NCBI GenBank assembly: GCA_903875225.1
Contig: CAIQVJ010000019.1
Location: 166,217-230,216, forward strand
From: an uncultured Pseudomonadota bacterium
Lineage (GTDB): Bacteria > Myxococcota_A > UBA796 > SXON01
Reading direction: 5' to 3'
Length of the DNA stretch: 64,000 nucleotides
The notes beneath the pieces were generated by a model. That model was given only the letters and a program-made list of their open reading frames with translations, searched no databases and had not been told where the DNA came from. How positions within the stretch are numbered: the stretch's first letter is position 1; the number at the start of each line of letters is the position of its first letter. Made by a program: the position numbers and the translations under genes. Shown here one piece after another: positions 1 through 8,773 of the stretch.

Positions 1-937
1 CAAGGACAAGACCCGCGACATGCTGACGGACGCCGACATCGCCGCCAACAAGGCGGCGTTGACGAAGCAGGTGCGGCTCTTTGCTCCCAACGCCCGGGTG
101 GTGGACAACGCGGAGTGGCTCTGCGGGCTCGGCTACGTCGCCTTCCTGCGGGACATCGGGCAGCACTTCAGCGTGAACAAGATGCTCTCCGCCGAGACGT
201 TCAAGATGCGGCTCGAGCGTGAGCAGGGGCTCTCGTTCATCGAGTTCAACTACACGCTGCTGCAGAGCTACGACTTCCTCGAGCTGTACCGCCGCTACGG
301 CTGTCGGCTCCAGATCGGTGGCCAGGACCAGTGGTTCAACATCATCTCGGGGTGCGACCTCATCCGGAGGCTGGAGGGGGTCGAGGCGTGGGGGCTGACC
401 ATTCCGCTCCTGACCACCTCCGATGGCAAGAAGATGGGGAAGACCGCGGGCGGCGCGTGGTTCCTGGACCCGGAGATGTTGTCTCCCTACCACTACTTCC
501 AGAACTGGCTCAACGTGGACGACCAGGACGTCCAGAAGCTGCTGCAGCTCTACAGCTACCTGCCGCTGGACGAGATCGCGGCGTTGGTGGTCAAGGACAT
601 CCGCGCGGCCAAGCGGGTGCTCGCGGTCGAGGCCACCGCCGTGGTCCACGGGCGCGAGGCCGCGGTCGCCGCAGACGAGGCGGCGAAGGCCGTGTTCGCA
701 GGCGGGGCGAGCGCGGACATGCCCGAGATCGTGTGTACGGTGGGTATGCCGGTGATCGCAGCGCTCGTGCAGGCGGGGTTCGCGAAGTCAAACTCCGAGG
801 CCCGGCGCGCGATCGAGGGCGGCAGCGTGTCGATGGGGTCCGAGAAGATCACCGACGTGAAGGCCGTGTTGGAGGTGCCCGGGGTGTTGTGGTCGGGAAA
901 GAAGCGCGCGGTGAAGATCGTCTTTGCGTGCGGTTGA
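1..937 (+). CDS. tyrS: Tyrosyl-tRNA synthetase, C-terminal ~310 aa (5' end outside window)
   Basis: The frame is open from the window edge. It contains the QIGGQDQWFNI motif, a KMGKT (KMSKS-class) loop and a C-terminal S4-like RNA-binding tail (ARRAIEGGSV). Stop TGA at 935-937. Confidence 0.95.
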   Translation, partial: KDKTRDMLTDADIAANKAALTKQVRLFAPNARVVDNAEWLCGLGYVAFLRDIGQHFSVNKMLSAETFKMRLEREQGLSFIEFNYTLLQSYDFLELYRRYGCRLQIGGQDQWFNIISGCDLIRRLEGVEAWGLTIPLLTTSDGKKMGKTAGGAWFLDPEMLSPYHYFQNWLNVDDQDVQKLLQLYSYLPLDEIAALVVKDIRAAKRVLAVEATAVVHGREAAVAADEAAKAVFAGGASADMPEIVCTVGMPVIAALVQAGFAKSNSEARRAIEGGSVSMGSEKITDVKAVLEVPGVLWSGKKRAVKIVFACG

Positions 938-946
938 GCGCGCCGC

Positions 947-1672
947 ATGCCCTACCAGTACCGCATCGATGCGTTGTTCGAGTGGATCACGAAGGTCAAC
1001 GGGCCTGGGTTTGGCGACGTGCTCGACGCCGGAACGGGTGCTCACTCGCTTTCCTGGTTGGCCACGCTGCCGACGCGCTCGATCACGGCCGTCACCGTGG
1101 AGGACTGGCGACTTGGGGAGCTCCCGGCGATAGCGCCCGATGCCCGGATCGTCCGCGGCGAGTGGACGGACCCGACCCTGCTCCATGGTGAGCAGTTCGA
1201 TCAGGTGCTCGTGGACTACGTGATCGGCGCCATCGACGGGCACGCGCCCTACTTCCAGTATGACTACCTGGAGCGCCTGCGGCCCCACTGCCGGGGTGCT
1301 GTGTACCTCGTGGGGCTCGAACCCCCACCCCGCGATGGCTCGCTGCTGGACCAGGTCTGCCGCGTGCGGGACGCGTGCATCCTGCTCGCCGGACACCGGA
1401 TGTATCGGGAGTACCCCGCTGAGCTCGTCGCTCGGTGGATGGAGCGGGCGGGCATGAAGGTTGGCGACCTGAAGCGGTTCCCGAATCGCGTCGGCCCCCG
1501 GTTCGTGAACGGGCAGTTGGACGTGGCGAAGCGGAAGCTCCCCTTGTTCGGCGATCGCGCCGTCGCCCGGGCGATGGAGATGCAGATCGAGGAGCTACGG
1601 GCATCTGCCCTGGCCGCGGGAGAGGTCACGTGGGGGGCAGATTACGTGATCGTGGGGACGGTGGCTCCATAG
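947..1672 (+). CDS. Putative SAM-dependent methyltransferase
   Basis: 241-aa ORF beginning 9 nt after the tyrS stop. It has a VLDAGTGAHS glycine-rich motif-I-like segment followed by alternating beta/alpha pattern. No closer family assignment is possible by eye. Confidence 0.65.
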   Translation: MPYQYRIDALFEWITKVNGPGFGDVLDAGTGAHSLSWLATLPTRSITAVTVEDWRLGELPAIAPDARIVRGEWTDPTLLHGEQFDQVLVDYVIGAIDGHAPYFQYDYLERLRPHCRGAVYLVGLEPPPRDGSLLDQVCRVRDACILLAGHRMYREYPAELVARWMERAGMKVGDLKRFPNRVGPRFVNGQLDVAKRKLPLFGDRAVARAMEMQIEELRASALAAGEVTWGADYVIVGTVAP

Positions 1673-1700
1673 TGGAGCCAGCGGCGTCTGGCCGAGAGCG

Positions 1701-1955
1701 GGCGACGATTGTCGAGGGGATGGGCGTGTCCTTGGGAGAATCGTCGGTGCTGGCGACGATTGTCGAGGAGATGGGCGTGTCGTTGGGAGAATCGTCGGTG
1801 CTGGCGACGATTGTCGAGGGGATGGGCGTGTCCTCGGGAGAATCGTCGGTGCTGGCGACGATTGTCGAGGGGATGGGCGTGTCCTCGGGAGAATCGTCGG
1901 TACTGGCGACGATGGTCGAGGGGATGGGCGTGTCCTTGGGAGAATCGTCGGGGAC
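1701..1955. repeat. Five near-identical 51-bp tandem repeats, each carrying an 8-bp inverted repeat (CGACGATT / AATCGTCG)
   Basis: Unit GGCGACGATTGTCGAGGGGATGGGCGTGTCCTTGGGAGAATCGTCGGTGCT starts at 1701, 1752, 1803, 1854 and 1905, with 0-6 substitutions per copy (most in the fifth). It lies between the methyltransferase stop (1672) and the lipoprotein start (1987). Confidence 0.95.
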
Positions 1956-1986
1956 CGTGTTACCGGGAGTGGCACTCGGAGACCCG

Positions 1987-2625
1987 ATGCCTGCCCTCTC
2001 GATGCTCTTCGCCCCGCTGGCGTGGGCGGGCTTGGCCGGTTGCGGGGGCAGCGCGTGTGTGGACACCGGGATGGGGTGCGCCGACTCCCAGGTGGAGGAC
2101 GATGCCGACACGGACACGGACAGCGACACGGACACCGACAGCCACTATGGGATCGACGACACGGCCGAGCTCCTGTTCTACGCCGGAGACGCCCAGACGG
2201 CTGGCGGCGCCTTCGTCAGCGGGCATTTCGGCTACCTCGTGCTGCGCGCGGGAAGTCTCGATGCAGTCTGCTCCGATCTGTCGTCGTGGTCGGAGAGCGG
2301 CGAGCCGGCCCCCGAGTGCGCGCAGTGTGACTGGGCGTTCAACCTTGTGCTCTCGGATGGCGTGGCGACGGGGAGCCGGTGCGACGCGGTCCACCTCAGC
2401 GGGGGGGAGTGGGACGGGTTCACCGCCTCATGGGGCTTCGCCACCACCTACGACTACGACTACAACGGAACGGTCTACACGTTCGACCTCGCGGTGTTGT
2501 ACTACAGCACCGACGGCGGGTGGGGGCCGCTCGCGTACAACTACGACGGGTACGGCTACAACGTGGGGGACGCCGAGAACATCTCGTTTGCGCGGCTCTA
2601 CAGCGGCGTGTACACCTACCCATGA
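1987..2625 (+). CDS. Lipoprotein with Asp-Thr/Asp-Ser linker, unknown function
   Basis: An internal ATG of ORF 1435..2625 gives MPALSMLFAPLAWAGLAGC (lipobox LAGC). This is followed by DDADTDTDSDTDTDS and a Tyr/Gly/Asp-rich beta domain. The upstream part of the long ORF overlaps the methyltransferase and the tandem repeats, so it is not used. Confidence 0.7.
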   Translation: MPALSMLFAPLAWAGLAGCGGSACVDTGMGCADSQVEDDADTDTDSDTDTDSHYGIDDTAELLFYAGDAQTAGGAFVSGHFGYLVLRAGSLDAVCSDLSSWSESGEPAPECAQCDWAFNLVLSDGVATGSRCDAVHLSGGEWDGFTASWGFATTYDYDYNGTVYTFDLAVLYYSTDGGWGPLAYNYDGYGYNVGDAENISFARLYSGVYTYP

Positions 2626-3218
2626 TGCCCTCGCTGCTGGTCGCCCGGGCCCTCGCAGCCGACCCTGCCTACCTCCTGCTCCCTGGTGTGTGGTACGAGG
2701 CTCCGCCTGCGGATCCGGGCCTGGTGAAGGTCGGCCGCGATCACCTGGAGTTCACGGGGTTCGCGGCCGTCCGCCTTCCCGGGTCCGTGCCCGCAGCCGA
2801 CGGGCTGCGGATCACGGCGACCATCGACCCCGTGGTCGGGGATGTCCGGAGCGAGAGTTGGGTCTCGTTGATGTTGACCAGCGCGACCCCGAGCCTCGGA
2901 TGGGTCACTGAGTCCACGACGATGTTCGGGCTCCTGGTGCGGTCCAACGGGCAGGTCGACATCTTCTCGAACGGGGTCGAATGTCCGCCTGTGTGGGCCG
3001 GTGCACCGCCCGCTCGCGCTGGCGCCGTCGGCCTGGTGCTTCGCTCGGTGGACGGGCGGGTTCATGTGGACGGCGCGGTCGAGGGCAGTACGTTCAGCGC
3101 CCTGCTGCCGGTCGGGACCGAACTCCCGCTGCAGGTTTTCGTGCAGGTGGGCGCGCACTACCACGAGGCTCCGTCGCCGAGCACGGTCGACGGCCTGCGG
3201 GTGGACCCGCTGAGGTGA
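2622..3218 (+). CDS. Hypothetical protein (beta-sandwich-like), translationally coupled to the upstream lipoprotein gene
   Basis: ATG 2622 overlaps the upstream TGA (2623-2625) in an ATGA junction. The 198-aa product has no signal peptide, and I recognise no motifs in it. Confidence 0.5.
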   Translation: MMPSLLVARALAADPAYLLLPGVWYEAPPADPGLVKVGRDHLEFTGFAAVRLPGSVPAADGLRITATIDPVVGDVRSESWVSLMLTSATPSLGWVTESTTMFGLLVRSNGQVDIFSNGVECPPVWAGAPPARAGAVGLVLRSVDGRVHVDGAVEGSTFSALLPVGTELPLQVFVQVGAHYHEAPSPSTVDGLRVDPLR

Positions 3219-3255
3219 GCGCCGGATCACGCTACATGCCGATCGGAGCTCACCC

Positions 3256-4092
3256 ATGGACCTTGGTACGACCCGGACGATGGATCTACGCGGGGTGTCC
3301 GTGCCCACGATGCTCTACGGGACCGCGTGGAAGGAGGGGGAGACCCAGCGGCTCACGAGCGAGGCGCTGAACGCGGGCTTTCTCGGGATCGACACCGCGA
3401 ACCAGCGCAAGCACTACTGCGAGGCGGAGGTGGGGGCGGCGGTGCAGGGGTCCGGAGAGCGCCCGTTCCTGCAGACCAAGTTCACCTACAGGAGGGGCCA
3501 GGATGAGCGCCTGCCGTACGACCCCGCAGCGCCGCTCGCCGAGCAGGTTCGGCAGTCCTTTGCCAGCTCATGCAGCCATCTGGGCGTGCAGGTGGTCGAC
3601 TCGTACCTGCTCCACGGGCCGGAGCGCGACCACGGGTTGACGGGCGGCGACTGGGAGGTGTGGCGCACCATGGAGGCCCTCTGCGACGAGGGCTGTGTGC
3701 GCCTGATCGGGGTGAGCAACGTGCATCTCGATCAACTGCAGGCGCTCGTCGAGGGGGCGCGGGTCCGGCCCGCGTTCGTCCAGAACCGGTGCTACGCGAA
3801 CACTGGCTTCGATGGGGAGATCCGAGCGTTGTGCGCAATCCATGGGATCGTGTACCAGGGCTTCTCGCTGCTCACCGCCAACCGCGCGCTCTGGGGCCAC
3901 AGGGCGCTCCACCCCATCGCCCGCCGCCTCGGCTGCACCCCAGCCCAGGTGATCCTCCGGCATGCCCTCCACCTCGGGATCCTCCCGCTCACCGGGACGA
4001 GCGATCCCGCGCACATGCGCGCCGACCTGGGGTACACGAGCATCTCGTTGACCCCGGAGGATCAGCAGAGCGTCGAGGGGTTGGCCCGGTGA
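3256..4092 (+). CDS. Aldo/keto reductase family oxidoreductase
   Basis: AKR-like order of catalytic residues: GIDTA (Asp), HYCE (Tyr), LQTKF (Lys), LLHGP (His). The C-terminal IPLTGTSDPAHM segment is typical of the family. The start could instead be the ATG at 3280. Confidence 0.88.
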   Translation: MDLGTTRTMDLRGVSVPTMLYGTAWKEGETQRLTSEALNAGFLGIDTANQRKHYCEAEVGAAVQGSGERPFLQTKFTYRRGQDERLPYDPAAPLAEQVRQSFASSCSHLGVQVVDSYLLHGPERDHGLTGGDWEVWRTMEALCDEGCVRLIGVSNVHLDQLQALVEGARVRPAFVQNRCYANTGFDGEIRALCAIHGIVYQGFSLLTANRALWGHRALHPIARRLGCTPAQVILRHALHLGILPLTGTSDPAHMRADLGYTSISLTPEDQQSVEGLAR

Positions 4093-4143
4093 CAGCGGCG
4101 CGGGCCGCGAAACCCGCGATCAGCCCGGCCGCCACGACAGCGA

Positions 4144-7100
4144 TCAGTAGACCGTGAGCGCCCCCGCCGTCGCCGATTGGTACCCATCCGTGGTGCCGAG
4201 CAGGGCGCAGGTGTCGCCGCCCAGATCCGCGTATACCCAGGAGAGCCCGCCGTCGGTCGTGAACCGGTAGGCGTAGTCGTAGGACCCGGGCGTGGACGGC
4301 GCGGTGAGCGTGCCCGCGTATTCGTCGTTGGCGTGGTCGCCCGGGTAGTAGGCGTCCTTGTCGGAGTTGTAGCTGGCCGCCGACCATACCCATCGTGGGT
4401 CCACCATCGGGAGCGTCGCATCGGGCCCGTAGCCCACCTCGGCCTCGATCGGCGTACCGCGACCGACAGCGTCGGTGATCCCGGCCATGTAGACCCAGCC
4501 GTAGACCGTGCCGGGGGAGCCCGCGGTGAGCGACATCGTGCACGGATACTGCACATGGGCGTAGTCCACCGGCTCGCCGTACACGTCCACGCTGGTGGAG
4601 CCCGTGGCGCCGTTCGCCTCGCCGTCGTTGGGGGTGACCGTGCATGTCCACGTCTCGGCCGCGGTCGTGGCGACGCCCGGGACGGTGTCGTGGAGGAAAG
4701 CGCTGGTGGTCGCGCTGGTGTACGCCACGCCGTCGTCGGTCCAGGTCGCGCTGTAGCTGATGGCGTCGCCGTCGGCGTCGGTGCCTGGGACGTCGATCCC
4801 ACACACGAGGTCGTCGAGGCCCTCGATGGGGCCCTCGGGTATGGCCACGACGGGCGCAGCCGGCGCAGAGTTGACCACCGTGACCGGGCTGGAGGTGACT
4901 GCGGTCCCGGGGCCGTCGGCGTCGCTCGGGGTGACCGTGACCCGCACGACATCGTGCTTCGCGAACCACGTCCCGGCGAGCGTGGACGTCGTGGGCGCGA
5001 CCCCGAGGCCGTTGACGGTCCAGGCGTAGGCCAGCGTGATGCCGTCACCATCGGCGTCGGAGGCGGAGGTCGCGACCGTGAGCGTGCTGTCGGTGACCGG
5101 GTTCGGCGGCGAGAGGTCGACAAACGATACAACCGGGGATGTGTTGGCCACGGTTACCGAGGCGGTGCGGGACGGGCTCGCGTCCGCACCGTCGCTCGAC
5201 GTCGCAGTGCAGGTGACGACATCACCGCCGACGACCGCGCTGTCGAGCACGTTCCGGGAACCGGCGGCGAGGCCGTTGACGGTCCAGGCGTAGGAGGGGG
5301 AGTCGGGGTCGGCGTCGGCGTCGGCGTAGCCGACCGTGGAGCAGGTGAGCGTGTCGCCGGCATGCGCAGGGCTCGGGCCGATGCTGGCCCCCGTGAGCGT
5401 CGGCGCCGTGTTCCTCACGGTCACGGAGGTCGTGTCGGTGGCAGATGAGCTGCCGTCCGAGATGTTCACGGTCACGGTGACAGTGTCGCCGCGAGAGAAG
5501 TACACTGCGCCGTCCAGGGTGTCGCCCGTCTCGGGCACGGGAGCGCCGTCGACGGTCCACGCCCAGGTCGTGTAGAGCGCGCCACCGTCGGGGTCGAAGC
5601 CCGTGGCGGTGGCGCTGAGCAGGTCGTTGGTCCGGGGCGAGGAGGGGGTCAGCGAGAGCGAGGTCACCTCCGGGCCGGAGTTGCCGATGACGTTGGTGTC
5701 CGATCCGGCGAGGCCAGTGGCCGTGCCGTCGAACGGCGTGACCGTGCAGGTGACCGCGTCGCCTCCGACGAACATGCCGCCGAGCGTGCGCCCGGTGCCG
5801 GCGAAGGTGCCGTCCACCGTCCAGGAGACCGTGGATGCGTCGGTGTCACCGTCCGCGTCGGCGAAGCTCCAGCCGCACGAGAGCGCGTCGGTCGCCGTCG
5901 CCGGGTCGGGGGTGATGGAAACCGCGCTGACCGATGGGGCGCTGTTGAGCACGGTGACGGGACCGGATGCGAGCGCCGCTCCGGTGCCCCACGCATCGCT
6001 GGGCGTGACGGAGACCCGGACGACGTCGGACTTCGAGAACCACGTGCCGGAGAGCGTGGAGGTCGTGGGGGAGACCGCGAGGCCGTTCACGGTCCATGCG
6101 TAGGCCAGCGTGACGCTGTCGCCATCGAGGTCGGAGGTGGAGGCGGAGGCGGTCAGCGTGCTGTCGGTGGTCGGGCTGGACGGGGAGAGGGAAACAGATG
6201 ACACAACGGGGGGTGTGTTGCCGATGGTGACGGAGTCGGTGCGGGACGGGCTGGAGTCCGTGCCATCGCTGGAGGTCGCGGTGCACACCACCACGTCTCC
6301 GGCGGTGAGCGCTGTCGTGAGCGTGTCCCGGGACCCGGCGGAGGCGCCGTTGACCGTCCACGCGTAGGTGGTCGCCTCGGTGTCTCCGTCTGCGTCGGCG
6401 TAGCCGACGGTGGCGCAGGTCAGCGGATCGCCGACGAATGCCGGGTCAGGGCGGATGCTGGCGGCGGCCAGGGTCGGCGCTGTGTTTCGCACGGTCAGGG
6501 AGGTCGCGTCGGTGGCAGACGAGAGGCCGTCGGAGAGGGTGACGGTCACGCCGACGGTGTCCCCGCGCGAGAAGAACACGGCGCCATCGAGCGTGTCGCT
6601 GGTCTCGGCCACAGATGCGCCGTTGACCGTCCAGGCCCAGGACGTGTAGAGCGTGCCGCCATCGGGGTCGAACCCGGTGACGGTGGCGGTGACTGCATCG
6701 TCGGTCTGTGGGTCGGACGGGGTCAGCGACAGGGAGGTCACCACCGGGCCGGAGTTGCCGATGACGTTGGTGTCCGACCCGGCGGAGCCCGTCGTGATCC
6801 CGTCGGAGGGCGTGACCGTGCAGACGACGACGTCCCCGAAGACGAAAGCGCCGACGAGCGTCGATCCGGTGCCGGCGAGTGCCCCGTCCACCGTCCAGGA
6901 GACCGTGGACACATCGGTGTCCCCGTCGGCGTCGGAGTAGCTCCAGCCGCAGGTGAGCAGGTCGGACTCCGAGGCGGGGTCGGGCGTGATGGACACGCCG
7001 GTCACCGCCGGCGTCGTGTTGACCACCGTGGTCGAGGCCGTACCCGGCGCGCCGTCCGCGAAACCGTCGCTTGCCGTCACCTCGACTGACCACACGTCTC

Positions 7101-8499
7101 CGCGGGTGGTGGCAGACGCCGGCAGGATCGCGCTTGTGCTGGCGCTGGAGTGGACGCCACCGCGGTACCAGTCGTACCGGTAGCTGATGCTGTCACCCTC
7201 GGGGTCCACGCTGGGCGCGCCGATGGTGACCACGAGGTCGGCGTCCGTCCCGGGCGAGGACGGCCCGATCGAGACGCCCGGCGCGTTCGGAGCCTGATCC
7301 ACGACGACGTCCACGCTGTCGGAGTCAGAGAGCCCGTCGCTGTCGAGCGCGGTGAGGGTGAGGTGGTGGGCGCCGGGCGAGAGCGCGCCCACCACGGCGT
7401 AGACGTTCCCCGAGGCGTCGGCCGGCGTCGTGTCGAGCACGCCATCGACATCGGACGCCCACACGAGATCGAGCGTCCCGGGCGCGTCCTCGCTGTCCGC
7501 AACCGCGCCCGAGAGCGGGACCGGGTCGGTCTCGCCGTAGACCGTGCCGTCGATGGGGCTTTCGATGCTGACCACCGGCGCGTCCCCCGCGCGCAGCGTG
7601 ACCGACCCCGAGCAGGATGCACCTGCCGGGTCCGTCGCCGAGAGCGTCAGTACATGCGCCCCAGCGTCGAACACCGACGACGTGACAAGCTCGCCCGCGC
7701 CGTCCACCTCGCTCGACGCCAACCGGACGCCGTTGTCCGTCCACTCCGCGACGAGGCGATCGCCGTCCGCGTCGGACACCGTCCCGTCGAGGGCAACCAG
7801 GGTGTCCACCTCCGCGAACGCCCCGTCGAGTGGTGCCGAGATCGTGCACTCCGGCGCCCGGTTCCCCTCCGCCACGTCCAGGATGACACATGTCGCCGAT
7901 ATATTGGCGGATGTATCGGTGGCGACGAGGCAGAACGTCTGGGAGCCAGCGGTCTCCAGCGTCGTCCGGGTCTCGCAGAGGCCTGTCGCGTCGGGCACAC
8001 ACGGGATGTCGAGCACCGTGCCGGTCTCGTCCTGCCACTCCACGAGCAGGTCGCCTGGTGCATCCTCGGCATCTGTCACGCGCCCCGAGAAGGTCACCGC
8101 ATCGCCCACCCGCGGTGTGTCGTCTGCCGCCGGCGACAGGATGGTCACCACGGGTGCCGACCCCGCCGAAATTGTCACGCCGACCGTGGATGTATCACTC
8201 GCCCCGTCCGGGTCGGCGACCGAGAGCACGATCGTGTGTCCACCCGCCTCCAGCGCTGCGACACAGGATGTATCACCCGCGGCGTCCGCCCCCGAGCACA
8301 CCTCCGTCCCGTCCACCGTCCACCGCACTGCCAGCGAGCTGACGTCGTCGTCCCCGTCACCGACCGTGCCGGTCAACTCGATGTCGCCGCTGTCCAGCGT
8401 CGCGCCGTCCGTGGGCCAGGTGATCGTGGCCGTAGGCGTCGCGTCGACGTGCTTGATGCCGCCGTCGCTGCACGCGATGAGCAGGTAGAGGATGTACAT
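4144..8499 (-). CDS. Giant surface lipoprotein with ~14 tandem Ig-like/cadherin-like repeat domains and a distinct C-terminal beta domain
   Basis: 1451 aa. The N-terminus MYILYLLIAC carries a lipobox. Repeated ~90-aa modules show the recurring pattern DADGD...Y.W.V(N/D)G...(V/T)C.(A/V)TP.DG. The last ~150 aa are non-repetitive and Tyr/Trp/Gly-rich. Confidence 0.9.
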   Translation of the reverse strand: MYILYLLIACSDGGIKHVDATPTATITWPTDGATLDSGDIELTGTVGDGDDDVSSLAVRWTVDGTEVCSGADAAGDTSCVAALEAGGHTIVLSVADPDGASDTSTVGVTISAGSAPVVTILSPAADDTPRVGDAVTFSGRVTDAEDAPGDLLVEWQDETGTVLDIPCVPDATGLCETRTTLETAGSQTFCLVATDTSANISATCVILDVAEGNRAPECTISAPLDGAFAEVDTLVALDGTVSDADGDRLVAEWTDNGVRLASSEVDGAGELVTSSVFDAGAHVLTLSATDPAGASCSGSVTLRAGDAPVVSIESPIDGTVYGETDPVPLSGAVADSEDAPGTLDLVWASDVDGVLDTTPADASGNVYAVVGALSPGAHHLTLTALDSDGLSDSDSVDVVVDQAPNAPGVSIGPSSPGTDADLVVTIGAPSVDPEGDSISYRYDWYRGGVHSSASTSAILPASATTRGDVWSVEVTASDGFADGAPGTASTTVVNTTPAVTGVSITPDPASESDLLTCGWSYSDADGDTDVSTVSWTVDGALAGTGSTLVGAFVFGDVVVCTVTPSDGITTGSAGSDTNVIGNSGPVVTSLSLTPSDPQTDDAVTATVTGFDPDGGTLYTSWAWTVNGASVAETSDTLDGAVFFSRGDTVGVTVTLSDGLSSATDATSLTVRNTAPTLAAASIRPDPAFVGDPLTCATVGYADADGDTEATTYAWTVNGASAGSRDTLTTALTAGDVVVCTATSSDGTDSSPSRTDSVTIGNTPPVVSSVSLSPSSPTTDSTLTASASTSDLDGDSVTLAYAWTVNGLAVSPTTSTLSGTWFSKSDVVRVSVTPSDAWGTGAALASGPVTVLNSAPSVSAVSITPDPATATDALSCGWSFADADGDTDASTVSWTVDGTFAGTGRTLGGMFVGGDAVTCTVTPFDGTATGLAGSDTNVIGNSGPEVTSLSLTPSSPRTNDLLSATATGFDPDGGALYTTWAWTVDGAPVPETGDTLDGAVYFSRGDTVTVTVNISDGSSSATDTTSVTVRNTAPTLTGASIGPSPAHAGDTLTCSTVGYADADADPDSPSYAWTVNGLAAGSRNVLDSAVVGGDVVTCTATSSDGADASPSRTASVTVANTSPVVSFVDLSPPNPVTDSTLTVATSASDADGDGITLAYAWTVNGLGVAPTTSTLAGTWFAKHDVVRVTVTPSDADGPGTAVTSSPVTVVNSAPAAPVVAIPEGPIEGLDDLVCGIDVPGTDADGDAISYSATWTDDGVAYTSATTSAFLHDTVPGVATTAAETWTCTVTPNDGEANGATGSTSVDVYGEPVDYAHVQYPCTMSLTAGSPGTVYGWVYMAGITDAVGRGTPIEAEVGYGPDATLPMVDPRWVWSAASYNSDKDAYYPGDHANDEYAGTLTAPSTPGSYDYAYRFTTDGGLSWVYADLGGDTCALLGTTDGYQSATAGALTVY
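4870..7025. repeat. Two tandem copies of a 1074-bp (358-codon, four-domain) cassette inside the surface-protein gene
   Basis: Opposite-strand shadow ORFs recur at exactly +1074 nt (5036-5293 vs 6110-6367; 5336-5575 vs 6410-6649; ends 5029 vs 6103). The protein segments NTTPAVTGVSITPDP... and NSAPSVSAVSITPDP... are collinear and highly similar over ~358 aa. Confidence 0.9.
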
Positions 8500-8773
8500 C
8501 CCGCGAATCTACACCGGCCGGATCCCGTCTGCCGTGTCGAGGAATACCGCGCAGACGCTGCATCAGACCCGCCGGAGAACGCATGGATGCGGACACCCAC
8601 GAGACCTGGGCCCTTCGACCTGGGCCGGGACAAATTAGGCGAGGGGGATGTCCAGCGTCCGCGCCGCCTCCGACCTCTTCATCGATGGCGGCGCCGGTCG
8701 CAGCCCCGGACGTCGCCACCGTACCTGGGCGACTCTTCATCGGTCCCGGGCGCGTCGAAGCTGCGCCGGCGCC

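Noticed and set aside
1701-1955. CRISPR array
   Set aside because: The 51-bp units abut directly, with no unique spacers between them, and there are no cas genes in the window.
1435-2625. Full-length 396-aa ORF including the tandem repeats as coding sequence
   Set aside because: The first 80 codons overlap the methyltransferase gene in another frame. The repeats would precede a lipoprotein signal peptide by more than 100 aa. I therefore use the internal ATG at 1987, but I flag the coding possibility in the findings.
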